17,733 bases of DNA from Candidatus Bathyarchaeota archaeon (GTDB taxonomy: Archaea > Thermoproteota > Bathyarchaeia > Bathyarchaeales > Bathycorpusculaceae). The notes beneath the pieces were generated by a model. It was not told where the DNA came from. It worked only from the letters and a program-made list of their open reading frames with translations, and did not search any database. Positions 1 to 8,954 of the stretch are shown in pieces. The stretch lies in NCBI GenBank assembly GCA_963768425.1, contig CAVYHV010000005.1, positions 1 to 17,733 on the forward strand, in the 5' to 3' direction. Position numbers and translations under genes: made by a program. Numbering within the stretch: the first letter of the stretch is position 1; each line of letters starts with the position of its first letter.

Positions 1-8
1 TAATTGAT

Positions 9-3000
9 ATGGGTAACTTCGAAATTGACCATGCCTGTTGCGTGGATGAAGCCTTCAAAAAACTGTCAACTAAACAATATGATGTTGTTATTTCTGATTA
101 TGAGATGCCCCAAAAAGACGGGTTGCAGTTTCTAAAAGATCTACGCGAACAAAACAACGAAGTTCCCTTCATCCTTTTCACTGGAAAGGGCAGAGAAGAA
201 GTAGCGATAAAAGCACTAAACCTTGGTGCTGACGCGTACATTAACAAGCAGGGTAACCCCGAAACGGTATATGGGGAACTCTCACACTCCGTAGTCAAAA
301 CGTTAGAAAGCAAGAACTCAAAAAAACTGCTGGCAGAGTCAGAATCTAAGTACTTCCACCTTTTCAACACCTCTGAAGTGGGAATGTTTAGGACTATGCT
401 GCATAGTTCTGAAATTTTAGATATTAATGAAAAACTTCTTCAGATTCTCGGTTACAATAGAGAAGAAATGCAGGGTAAACTATCAACGGTTTGCTATGCT
501 GACGCTGCCCAGCGGCAAGAACTGGTAAAAATCCTTGAAGCTAAGGGACAAGTAGTGGATTTTGAAATAAGACTGATTAGCAAGCAAGGTGAGATCAAGA
601 CATGCTTACTGTCATCTAAGCTTTATCCAGAAAAAGAAATGGTGGAAGGATCAATAATTGACGTTACCGAGCGCAAAAAAGCTGAACAAGCCTTAGCGGA
701 GTCTGAAGAGAAATACAAGAACCTTTTCGAAAATGCGCCAGACGTTATCGTTACTATCGACCTGAATGGAAAAATAACTTCGGTAAATAAGGCTATCACA
801 CAGCATGGTTTTGAGGAAAATGAAATCGTGGGAGAGAGCATATTCAAACTTGTTCCAATAGAATACAATCAAAAAATGCTTGCAGGACTCAGAAACATCG
901 CTACCGGAAAACCCGCTCACGGCGAAATCGAAATTCTAACGCCAAATGGTAGAAGAAATACGGAATACAATAGCAACCCTATCTGGAAAAGCGGTAAAGT
1001 CATTGGTTATCAAACGGTGATCAGAGACATCACTGAACGCAAGCACTTGAACCTACAACTTGTTGATTCTGAACAACGCTATCATGCCCTTTTTGATGAA
1101 GCGCCGCTAGGTGTCTTGGTTATTGAACCTCAGACTGGAAAGCCTGTAGAGTTCAATAATGTAGCTCACACCCAATTAGGCTACTGTAGAGAAGAGTTTT
1201 CAAAACTGTGTGTTCTAGATTTTGAAGCAAAAGAGAGAGCTGACGAAACAAGAGCCCATTTGGCCAGAATGATGAGGCAAGGTGGAGATGAGTTTGAGAC
1301 TAAACACCGCACCAAAAGTGGCGAAATCAGAGACGTTCTAGTAACTGCAAGAGCAGTTGAATTAGTGGGAAAAACTTTCCTCTACTGTATCTTCCACGAC
1401 ATAACAGAAATAAGACAAGTTCAAGACGAATTGATGAGAAGTGAAACGCAGTATCGTCAACTAGTCAACGTTGCGCAAGAAGGCATTTGGGTGTTCGATA
1501 GAGAGTATCGCACTGTTTTCGTTAATCCTCGAATGGCGAATATGTTGGGATATGCTGAAAGTGACATGGTCGGAAAAAATCTTTTCGATTTTATAGCTGA
1601 AGCTGAAGTCGAACAAGCCATCCAGTTCCTGGCACAGCATAAGAGAGGCGTAGAAGGAACTTTTGAATATGAATTCCCTTGCAAAGACGGTTCCAAAGTT
1701 TACGCAAGTGTTACTGCTTCACTTATTAAGGATGACGAAGGAAACCCCGCAGGTACTCTTGCCCTAGTCTCAGACATCACTCTCCGCAAAAAAACGGAGA
1801 ATGAACTTAAACAAGAAAGCCAAAAACTGGAAACCATAACAGAAAGTATAGGCGTTGGACTCACTATTACCAGCAAAGATTACCGTATTATCTGGGCCAA
1901 CAAGGTCATGAAAAAGGTTAGAGGCATATCAGACTTAGAAGGCAGAACTTGCTACGCTACTTACAACTACTTGGACGCCGTTTGCCCCGACTGCGGCGTA
2001 AAAAAGGTCTTCGAGGGCAAAGAATTCGACTCTCGCGAGTACGTGGTTTTCGACAAAGAAAAAGGTTCCACAATTTGGATGCAGCTTATCGCCACACCTA
2101 TCAAGGATAAGGACGGAAACGTAACATCCGCATTAGAGCTCGTGCTGCCAATAACGGAACGCAAAATGATGGAACAATCCTTGAAAGTGAGCGAAGAACG
2201 ATTCCGCACTATTATGAATTCTGCATTAGACGCGATCATCGCCATAGATGGTACATTGAACATCGTAGAGTGGAATCCAGCAGGCCTCACGGATCTTCGG
2301 CTACTCTCAAGAAGAAATAATCGGTAAACCCATTTCCAAATTAATTCCTTTTAACATTGCTCAAACAGCAATACAAGAAATAAAGACATTTGTCAAAACC
2401 AACACGCAAGAGTCGTGTGGAAGAGTCATCGAAATAATTGGCTTAAAGAAGGATGGAGCAGAATTTTTTGCTGAATTATCCATTTCCAAAATGCAAATCA
2501 ACGGGAAAAATCATGGGGTAGCCTTTGTCAGAGATATCAGCGAAAGAAAACAAGTTCAGAAGAAACTGCAGAACTACTCAATAGTACTCGAAGAAACTGT
2601 GGCGTTACGAACTGCAGAGCTAAAGGCAATGCAAGAACGCTTGCTGAAAGCGGAAAGACTGGCGGCAATAGGCGAACTGGCGGGCATGGTTGGCCACGAC
2701 CTCCGCAACCCGCTACAAGGTATCAAAAACGCTACATACTATTTAAAAAGGAAAGGACCGGTAATTTCCGAGTATCAAAGTAAAGAAATGCTTGAAACTA
2801 TCGATAAAGCAATTGAAAATGCAAACAAAATCATCAATGACTTACTGGACTACTCGAGAGAAATGCACCTGGAAATAACGGACTGCCGGCTCTCAACGCT
2901 TTTGGAAGACACAATACGAGTAATTCAGGTTCCGGATAGAATACAGATCGCAAATCGTGTTCTCGCTGAAACTCAGATTATGGTTGACGCCGACAAAATG

Positions 3001-3378
3001 ATGAGAGTTTTCGTAAACCTGATAAAGAATGCAATAGATGCCATGCCTGACAAAGGCAGGCTGGAGATAACATGTCGCCAAACAAGGGATAACGTAGAAA
3101 TCTCTTTCGCAGACACGGGCATGGGAATACCCCCAGAGATTTTGCAAAAGCTTTTCACGCCATTATTCACTACTAAGGCGCAGGGGATGGGTTTTGGTTT
3201 AGCCATATGCAAACGCATAATAGAGGCTCATGGGGGCGTGATTGGGGTGGAATCAGAAGTCAATAAGGGAACTAAGTTTACGATTACCTTGCCTATCAAA
3301 TCAAGAATTACAGTTGAGGACGAAAAAACATGGATAAACATGCCAAAATCCTTGTCGTTGACAACGACTGAAACATAA
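9..3378 (+). CDS. Hybrid sensor histidine kinase: REC + 6 PAS/PAC + HisKA + HATPase_c; 5'-truncated by the window edge, with a +1 frameshift at ~2283
   Basis: REC motifs (DVVISDYEMP..DG, FTGKG, GADAYINK) are present but the DD-bearing first strand is missing and the frame is open to the window edge. Six PAS repeats end in D(I/V)TERK-type motifs. The H-box GHDLRNPL, N-box NLIKNAIDA, G1 DTGMGI and G2 GMGFGL lie in ORF 2491-3378. Removing one G at 2283/2284 gives WNPAASRIFGYSQEEIIGK..., which runs in frame into that ORF. Confidence 0.9.
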
Positions 3379-3410
3379 GAAGTTCCGTGAAAACAGAATT
3401 TGTAACTTAA
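3330..3410 (+). pseudogene. Remnant N-terminus of a response regulator (REC) overlapping the kinase 3' end
   Basis: ATG at 3330, preceded by SD-like GAGGACGA, reads MDKHAKILVVDND*NIRSSVK. This matches the REC start pattern K-I-L-V-V-D-D-D-x-x-I-R, with an in-frame TGA at 3369 and no remainder of the domain. Confidence 0.65.
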
Positions 3411-3460
3411 ATTTTGAATTCAAAAATTTTTGATTTACCTACTTTCAACATTCGTAAATA

Positions 3461-3880
3461 GTGTTCGCGATGGTAGCGGAAAATAGTCCAAAACAATCAG
3501 GTTTTCCAGCTGTAATTGAAGCATGGACTCCAAAAGCGGGTTTTGTGAAAGTTGCCGAAACAAAAGATGTTCCTGTGGGCAAGATGATACATGTGGAAGT
3601 TGATGCAAACGAGATACCGATTGCTAACGTTGGAGGAAAGTTCTATGCTCTTGGTGATAGATGCCCTCATCTTCATGCTAAGGTTTCCGGCGGTACCTTA
3701 ACCGACGCAATTGTTACTTGCCCTAGACATCTTTCAACCTTTGATGTACGAACGGGAAAAGTGCTTTCAGGAATACGCAGCAACTTGCCAACTTACAACG
3801 TCAAAGTCGAAGGCAATAACTTGTTCCCACTTCCAGAGCTTCTTCTACCATCTTCCAGAGATGTTTTGGGATGTTTTTAG
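3461..3880 (+). CDS. Rieske [2Fe-2S] ferredoxin-type protein
   Basis: Rieske ligand motifs CPH and CPRH, plus FVKVA, GKFYA, FDVRTG and LPTYNVKVEG. The true start may be ATG 3523 (MDSKSG-FVKVA) if one base of the GGG/TTTT run at 3538-3544 is extra. The C-terminal tail runs into the tandem array. Confidence 0.85.
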   Translation: MFAMVAENSPKQSGFPAVIEAWTPKAGFVKVAETKDVPVGKMIHVEVDANEIPIANVGGKFYALGDRCPHLHAKVSGGTLTDAIVTCPRHLSTFDVRTGKVLSGIRSNLPTYNVKVEGNNLFPLPELLLPSSRDVLGCF

Positions 3881-3998
3881 AGTTTTTTAGATGTTTTTAG
3901 ATGCTTTTAGATGTTTCTAGATCTTTTTAGAGACCAGTTGCAACCTATCCAAGCCCCAAACCAAAAAAGCAACCTAAAACGCAAACAAAAAATTTCCA
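3859..3998 (+). repeat. Composite element, copy 1: 7 x 10-bp tandem units (consensus AGATGTTTTT) + 10-bp linker + 60-bp core
   Basis: Units at 3859-3928: agatgttttg ggatgttttt agagtttttt agatgttttt agatgctttt agatgtttct agatcttttt. Core 3939-3998 matches the reverse complement of 15221-15280 at 47/60 positions without gaps. Confidence 0.85.
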
Positions 3999-4055
3999 CG
4001 CCAAAAACGCTAAGATAACCCATCAAGTGAGAGCAAACGTGGACGATTTGGCGTC

Positions 4056-5516
4056 TCATTCTATCTGGCGGACTTTGCGTTTTGCAATTGCGGAGAAGCC
4101 TTTGTAGAATTCTTTGGTTATGTGTTGGTACCATTTGCCGGAGAAAGATATGTCTATGAGGGAGTCGACCCAGCGGAAGTCTCGTTCAGCGCATTGAATC
4201 AGCAGCTTTCTATGCAGCTCGTTGAGTTTGGTTCTTGTGAACCAGTCTTCGCTTGTCAGATGCCCCAACGGGACAAAGAAGAGAGGGACAATCAGGCTGC
4301 GCATATCTTTCAGATCGTCAACTAGATCCATTGTTTTGAGGATATCGGATTCTGTCTCGTCAGGTAACCCCACGATTATAGTGCATGCAGGAACAAGCAT
4401 GTTGTCATGGGCAACTCCCATGCCTTGGACTACGACATCGTGCCAATTGTCAGCGCTAAAAGGATGTGCTTTGGCGGGCATAATTTTCTTGGCGATTTCA
4501 GGCGAACCCGTTTCTATGCCTATTTCGGCGCCCCACCAATTTTGATTCTGCAAAATAAGCTCAGACAATTGGGAGAGTAACTTGGGGTTTGACGCTACTG
4601 CCGCCAGTGAACAGTGGCTCCAGCTTAGATCCGTGCATCGTTTAGTCACCATTTCATGTAGTTTGACAAGTTTTTCTGCGTCAGGCGTTGTGTTCTTGGA
4701 CCCGTAGAGCATGACGTCTTCGGAATGAAGGCAGACCCCGGTGTTTCCCGAGTCCATGTTAACGTTCATTTCGCGATTAATCTTTTCAAGAGGGTACCAA
4801 CGAAGCGGTCTTAAGGTGACGTTACAGAATTGGCATCCTCGGCAGCAGCCCCGCCCAAGCTCAACTAAACCGTTAATTGACGGATTAACAATATCTGGAA
4901 TCTCCTCTAAAGTCGGGGTTTCACCGACTTCGGTTTCGATATGTCTAGGGATTTCTTGCCCTTCGATTGCCGCCTTAAAGATCTTCCCAACGACGTTTTC
5001 ACCTTCACCTTCAAAGACACAGTCAATACCCAGATCTTTAACGGCTTTTTCACGGTAATGGAACTGCCATGCGCCGGGTCCGCCGACAATAACTTTGCAG
5101 CCGTTCTGTTTTGCACTTTGAACAGCGGGGCTTCTCAGTAGAGCACGGAAGTGTTTGGCTAGGTACGGTTCTTTCTTGAAGATGGCTGCAAGAGTCGAGG
5201 AGGCTGGACCTAATCCGAAGGGATCCATAGTGTGGATTCCAAGGACTTTTGCGTCTTTTAAGTGGCTGCCTAAACCGTTTGGGCTCACTGTTTCTACTTG
5301 GAAGCCTTCTTTTAGAAGTTGAGCTTCTGTTTTCCTCAATCCGTATGGAGCGGCAAGCGGGTGGCCTTTGGGCGATTTTAGGGGTGGAAAGAACATGTAG
5401 CTGTAGAGCCATTCGGGAATGAAGTTTGGAGGGGCACACGTACCGAACCCTAGGAATTCGTTGTTATGATAATTGCTCATCAAAGTTCTGTCAGCGGTTA
5501 AGACTACGTCTGCCAT
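4056..5516 (-). CDS. B12-binding-domain (class B-like) radical SAM protein, archaeal Grs/Gms-like family
   Basis: CxxxCxxC motif (GCCRGCQFC); N-terminal cobalamin-binding-like domain (VIVGGPG, GEGE); GIETGS and IVGLPDET motifs. The N-terminal VVLTAD...APYGLRK.EA...DPFGLGP pattern is recalled from GDGT-modifying radical SAM enzymes. Confidence 0.85.
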   Translation of the reverse strand: MADVVLTADRTLMSNYHNNEFLGFGTCAPPNFIPEWLYSYMFFPPLKSPKGHPLAAPYGLRKTEAQLLKEGFQVETVSPNGLGSHLKDAKVLGIHTMDPFGLGPASSTLAAIFKKEPYLAKHFRALLRSPAVQSAKQNGCKVIVGGPGAWQFHYREKAVKDLGIDCVFEGEGENVVGKIFKAAIEGQEIPRHIETEVGETPTLEEIPDIVNPSINGLVELGRGCCRGCQFCNVTLRPLRWYPLEKINREMNVNMDSGNTGVCLHSEDVMLYGSKNTTPDAEKLVKLHEMVTKRCTDLSWSHCSLAAVASNPKLLSQLSELILQNQNWWGAEIGIETGSPEIAKKIMPAKAHPFSADNWHDVVVQGMGVAHDNMLVPACTIIVGLPDETESDILKTMDLVDDLKDMRSLIVPLFFVPLGHLTSEDWFTRTKLNELHRKLLIQCAERDFRWVDSLIDISFSGKWYQHITKEFYKGFSAIAKRKVRQIE

Positions 5517-5792
5517 AGCCCCTTCACACCTTTCAACATGTACTATAAGGAGTAAAGTTAGAGGGGGTGAGGCAAATATATCTTTATTGCTAGCGCCATA
5601 GAGACAAAATCAAGACAACGCTGTAACAAAACAATGTTACTAAACTCACCTAATAGAGTAACTTTGTCAACAAATAAAAATCAGTATTTTACATAAAACA
5701 CGGGATTTAACCCTTTTATCTAGGAAAATCTATATGAAGGAACATTAATTATTTTATAGAATCACTCGTGGGGAGAGGATTATCTGAAGAAA

Positions 5793-6347
5793 ATGATGGA
5801 GTTTAGATGGCACGGTAGAGGCGGTCAGGGAGCATGGACAGCTAGCGAACTCTTGGCTAGAACAGCTCTTGACGAAGGCAAATACATTCAATCGTTCCCT
5901 GAATTTGGGCCGGAACGAATGGGTGCCCCAGTTACTGCTTTCACAAGAATAAGTTTTGAACCCATAAGGTTACACTGCGCAATATACGAACCCGACGTCG
6001 TTGTAGTATTAGACAACACACTGCTGAAGTCTGTTCCAGTGACAGCCGGCTTAAACCGCGACGACAACATCCTAATCATCAATTCCGCCGAGGACCCCAG
6101 CGTCCTCAAAGAAAGGCTCAAGGTGACACATGGCAAAGTTTGGACCGTTCCAGCAACCGAAATCGCCCTAAGAATCTTGGGAGCACCGATAACCAACACA
6201 GCACTTCTCGGCTGCGTCGCCAAAGCCACTGAAATCGTCACGATGGAAGGCATATCGAAAACGTTGAAGAGCCGTTTTAGAGCCGATTTGGCAGAGAAAA
6301 ACTTTGCAGTAGTTAACGAAGCGTATAAGGAGGCAAAAAGTGAATGA
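5793..6347 (+). CDS. porC: Pyruvate/2-oxoacid:ferredoxin oxidoreductase gamma subunit
   Basis: EFRWHGRGGQG and FPEFGPERMGAPV motifs; first gene of an operon coupled by overlapping stop/start codons. Confidence 0.93.
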   Translation: MMEFRWHGRGGQGAWTASELLARTALDEGKYIQSFPEFGPERMGAPVTAFTRISFEPIRLHCAIYEPDVVVVLDNTLLKSVPVTAGLNRDDNILIINSAEDPSVLKERLKVTHGKVWTVPATEIALRILGAPITNTALLGCVAKATEIVTMEGISKTLKSRFRADLAEKNFAVVNEAYKEAKSE

Positions 6348-6655
6348 GCAGCAGCAAAGACAAAGAGAAAAGTTGGCGTGAAGTCTCCATCGCGGGCGTT
6401 TGCTCAAAATCCAGCATCGGCTTCTTAACAGGCGACTGGAAAACCTACTATCCAGTCAGAGACATAGAAAAATGCACAAAATGCTTAACCTGCGTAATGT
6501 TTTGCCCTGAAGGAGCCATCAAATGGGCTCCAGAAAAAGGCGACATCTGGTTTGACATGAACTTCTGCAAAGGATGCGGAATCTGCGCAAACGAATGCCC
6601 TACCAAAGCGATTACAATGAAGTTACCACAGCAAGATGAGGGAAAAGGAAAATGA
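6344..6655 (+). CDS. porD: Pyruvate/2-oxoacid:ferredoxin oxidoreductase delta subunit (2x[4Fe-4S])
   Basis: TGDWK..YP motif; two CxxCxxCxxxCP motifs (CTKCLTCVMFCP, CKGCGICANECP); ATGA overlap with porC. Confidence 0.93.
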   Translation: MSSSKDKEKSWREVSIAGVCSKSSIGFLTGDWKTYYPVRDIEKCTKCLTCVMFCPEGAIKWAPEKGDIWFDMNFCKGCGICANECPTKAITMKLPQQDEGKGK

Positions 6656-7884
6656 AGGAACAAACAAAAGAAGAATCCATAGCTATGAACGGCGATGAAG
6701 CAATCGCATTAGCAGCCAAACAATGCGACGTCGACGTTGTCGCAGCTTACCCGATCACACCCCAAACGATCATCGTGGAAAAATTCAGCGAGTACGTTGC
6801 AAACGGCGAAGTCCAAACGGAATTCGTGTGTACTGAGTCAGAACACAGCGCCATGACCGCTTGCCTCGCCGCTGCAACAACGGGAGCACGAACGTTCACG
6901 GCCAGCGCTTCAGCAGGTTTAGCGTTGATGCATGAAATGCTTTTTGTCACTTCAGGCTTCCGAGCACCAGTCGTGATGGCGGTTGCCAACCGAGCCCTAA
7001 GCGCACCTCTGAACATTCACGGTGACCAATCTGACAGCATGGCTGAACGGGACAGCGGATGGATCCACATTTACGTTGAAAACGCTCAGGAAGCATACGA
7101 CAGCATCATTCAAGCATTCAAGATAGCAGAGGACATCGGAGTTTCTCTGCCGGTAATCGTAGGTTTAGACGGGTTCACGATTAGCCACACACTTGAAAAC
7201 GTAAACATCCTAGGAGACGACGCCGTAAACCAGTTTGTCGGCCAACGTCAGCTGCCTAATGTGCTTACGCATGAGGGAAAAACTGTGCCTTTCAAGCTTG
7301 ACCCCGATAACCCAATGACGATGGGTCCTAACGCTTTGCAGAACTACTATTTCGAGTTTAAGAGGCAGCAAGAAGAAGGCATGAGAAACGCGCTGAAAAA
7401 GATTCAAGAGGTCAACGCTGAATACGCCAAGTTGACTGGCAGGAGCTACGGCGACGGACTCGTGGACAACTACAAAGTTGACGACGCTGAAATCGCCATT
7501 GTCGTGGTCGGCTCAACCGCGGGAACACTTAAAGTGATAGTCGACCAACTGCGCCAAGAAGGAATCAAAGCAGGCGTTCTGAGGCTACGCACTTTCAGGC
7601 CGTTCCCAGTCGAACAACTTCGAAGTAACCTAAAAAACGTCAAAACCGTGGCTGTAATGGACAAAGCCATGAGTTTCGGCGCCTTCGGCGGAGCAGTATT
7701 CAACGAAGTTCGGAATGCACTATACGACGCAAAAGAGCATCCCACGATAGTTAACTACATTTTCGGGCTTGGCGGAAGAGACACAAACCCGCGTGAGTTG
7801 CGAAAAATTTACGATGACCTTTTGCAGATTAACAAAACAGGAACCGTCGAGAATCAAGTGCGTTACCTGGGGCTAAGGGAGTGA
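6652..7884 (+). CDS. porA: Pyruvate/2-oxoacid:ferredoxin oxidoreductase alpha subunit
   Basis: AAYPITPQT, ESEHSA, NRALSAPLNIHGD, FRPFP and GLGGRD motifs. Confidence 0.95.
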   Translation: MKEQTKEESIAMNGDEAIALAAKQCDVDVVAAYPITPQTIIVEKFSEYVANGEVQTEFVCTESEHSAMTACLAAATTGARTFTASASAGLALMHEMLFVTSGFRAPVVMAVANRALSAPLNIHGDQSDSMAERDSGWIHIYVENAQEAYDSIIQAFKIAEDIGVSLPVIVGLDGFTISHTLENVNILGDDAVNQFVGQRQLPNVLTHEGKTVPFKLDPDNPMTMGPNALQNYYFEFKRQQEEGMRNALKKIQEVNAEYAKLTGRSYGDGLVDNYKVDDAEIAIVVVGSTAGTLKVIVDQLRQEGIKAGVLRLRTFRPFPVEQLRSNLKNVKTVAVMDKAMSFGAFGGAVFNEVRNALYDAKEHPTIVNYIFGLGGRDTNPRELRKIYDDLLQINKTGTVENQVRYLGLRE

Positions 7885-8864
7885 CGGAGGAGAAAAAAAT
7901 GGAAACACAAGAATGGAAATTCACAGCAAAAGATATTGCATCTAAACCTGACCTGTTCCTTTCAGGTCACCGAGCGTGCGCAGGATGCGGACCAGCATCA
8001 ACCCTGAGGCTCATCATGAAAGCCACACGGGGACCAACAATTGTGACCCAAGCAACGGGCTGCATGGAAATCGTCGGCTCAATCTACCCCTACACGTCTT
8101 GGGCACTGCCTTGGCTTCACACTGCCTTTGAAAACGCCGCAGCGAACGCTTCAGGCATCGATGCTGCATTGAAAATAATGCAGAAGAAAGGCAAAATCAA
8201 ACAGGAACACATCGACATTATCGCCATAGCAGGCGACGGCGGAACCTGCGACATCGGCTTGCAGGCATTGTCAGGCGCCGTTGAACGCGGACACGACTTC
8301 CTCTTCATCCTATACGACAACGAAGGCTACATGAACACAGGCATTCAACGAAGCAGCGCCACACCAACGGGTGCATCCACAACAACCACACCAGCAGGGA
8401 AAGTCATTCCAGGCAAGCTTGAAAAGAAAAAACCAATCACCGAAATCATGCTAGCACATGATATGCCATACGTTGCAACTGCAACAACCTACTATTGGAA
8501 AGACATGCTCACTAAAGTCCGAAAAGGTCTCGAAGTCGAAGGACCAGCATTCCTCCACGTTTTCGCACCATGCCCAAGAGGTTGGCGAACCGAACCTGCA
8601 AAGACAATGGAGTATTCTAAGCTGGCAGTAGAAACCTGCGTTTTCCCACTTTGGGAAGCGGTGAACGGAAAACGGCAACTTTCAACCCCAAGCAAACTCA
8701 TCCAGCTTGCCCCCCAAAAGAAAAAGCCAGTCAAAGACTACTTGGTGGGTCAAGGCAGATTCAGACACCTCTTCACTCCACAAAATCAACATGTCTTAGA
8801 CGAAATGCAACGCCTAACTGACGAAAACTGGCAGCGGCTAATTCAAAAATGTCAGCCAGCATAA
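7881..8864 (+). CDS. porB: Pyruvate/2-oxoacid:ferredoxin oxidoreductase beta subunit (TPP-binding)
   Basis: GHRACAGCG, TGC, GDGG...DNEGYMNTGIQRS TPP motif and PCPRGW. Confidence 0.95.
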   Translation: MTEEKKMETQEWKFTAKDIASKPDLFLSGHRACAGCGPASTLRLIMKATRGPTIVTQATGCMEIVGSIYPYTSWALPWLHTAFENAAANASGIDAALKIMQKKGKIKQEHIDIIAIAGDGGTCDIGLQALSGAVERGHDFLFILYDNEGYMNTGIQRSSATPTGASTTTTPAGKVIPGKLEKKKPITEIMLAHDMPYVATATTYYWKDMLTKVRKGLEVEGPAFLHVFAPCPRGWRTEPAKTMEYSKLAVETCVFPLWEAVNGKRQLSTPSKLIQLAPQKKKPVKDYLVGQGRFRHLFTPQNQHVLDEMQRLTDENWQRLIQKCQPA

Positions 8865-8867
8865 ACG

Positions 8868-8945
8868 CTTCTTTCATTGCCCAAATTTAAGAAACCTTTT
8901 TTTCCTTTTTCACTTTTTTTATGGAAAAATAAAATCGAAAAGAAA
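8868..8945. terminator. Oligo-T/oligo-A tracts between convergent porB and DRE-TIM genes (probable bidirectional archaeal terminator region)
   Basis: T7, T5 and T7 tracts on + directly after porB, followed by A-tracts (T on the minus strand) after the convergent gene. Confidence 0.5.
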
Positions 8946-8954
8946 CGGCGATTT

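Noticed and set aside
3369-3371. In-frame TGA in the REC remnant as selenocysteine or readthrough
   Set aside because: The position is normally an acidic or variable residue, not Cys. The frame ends 13 codons later and no SECIS-like hairpin was seen.
3859-3930. CRISPR mini-array interpretation of the tandem repeats (also 15291-15360)
   Set aside because: Units are contiguous 10-mers with no unique spacers, and there are no cas genes in the window.
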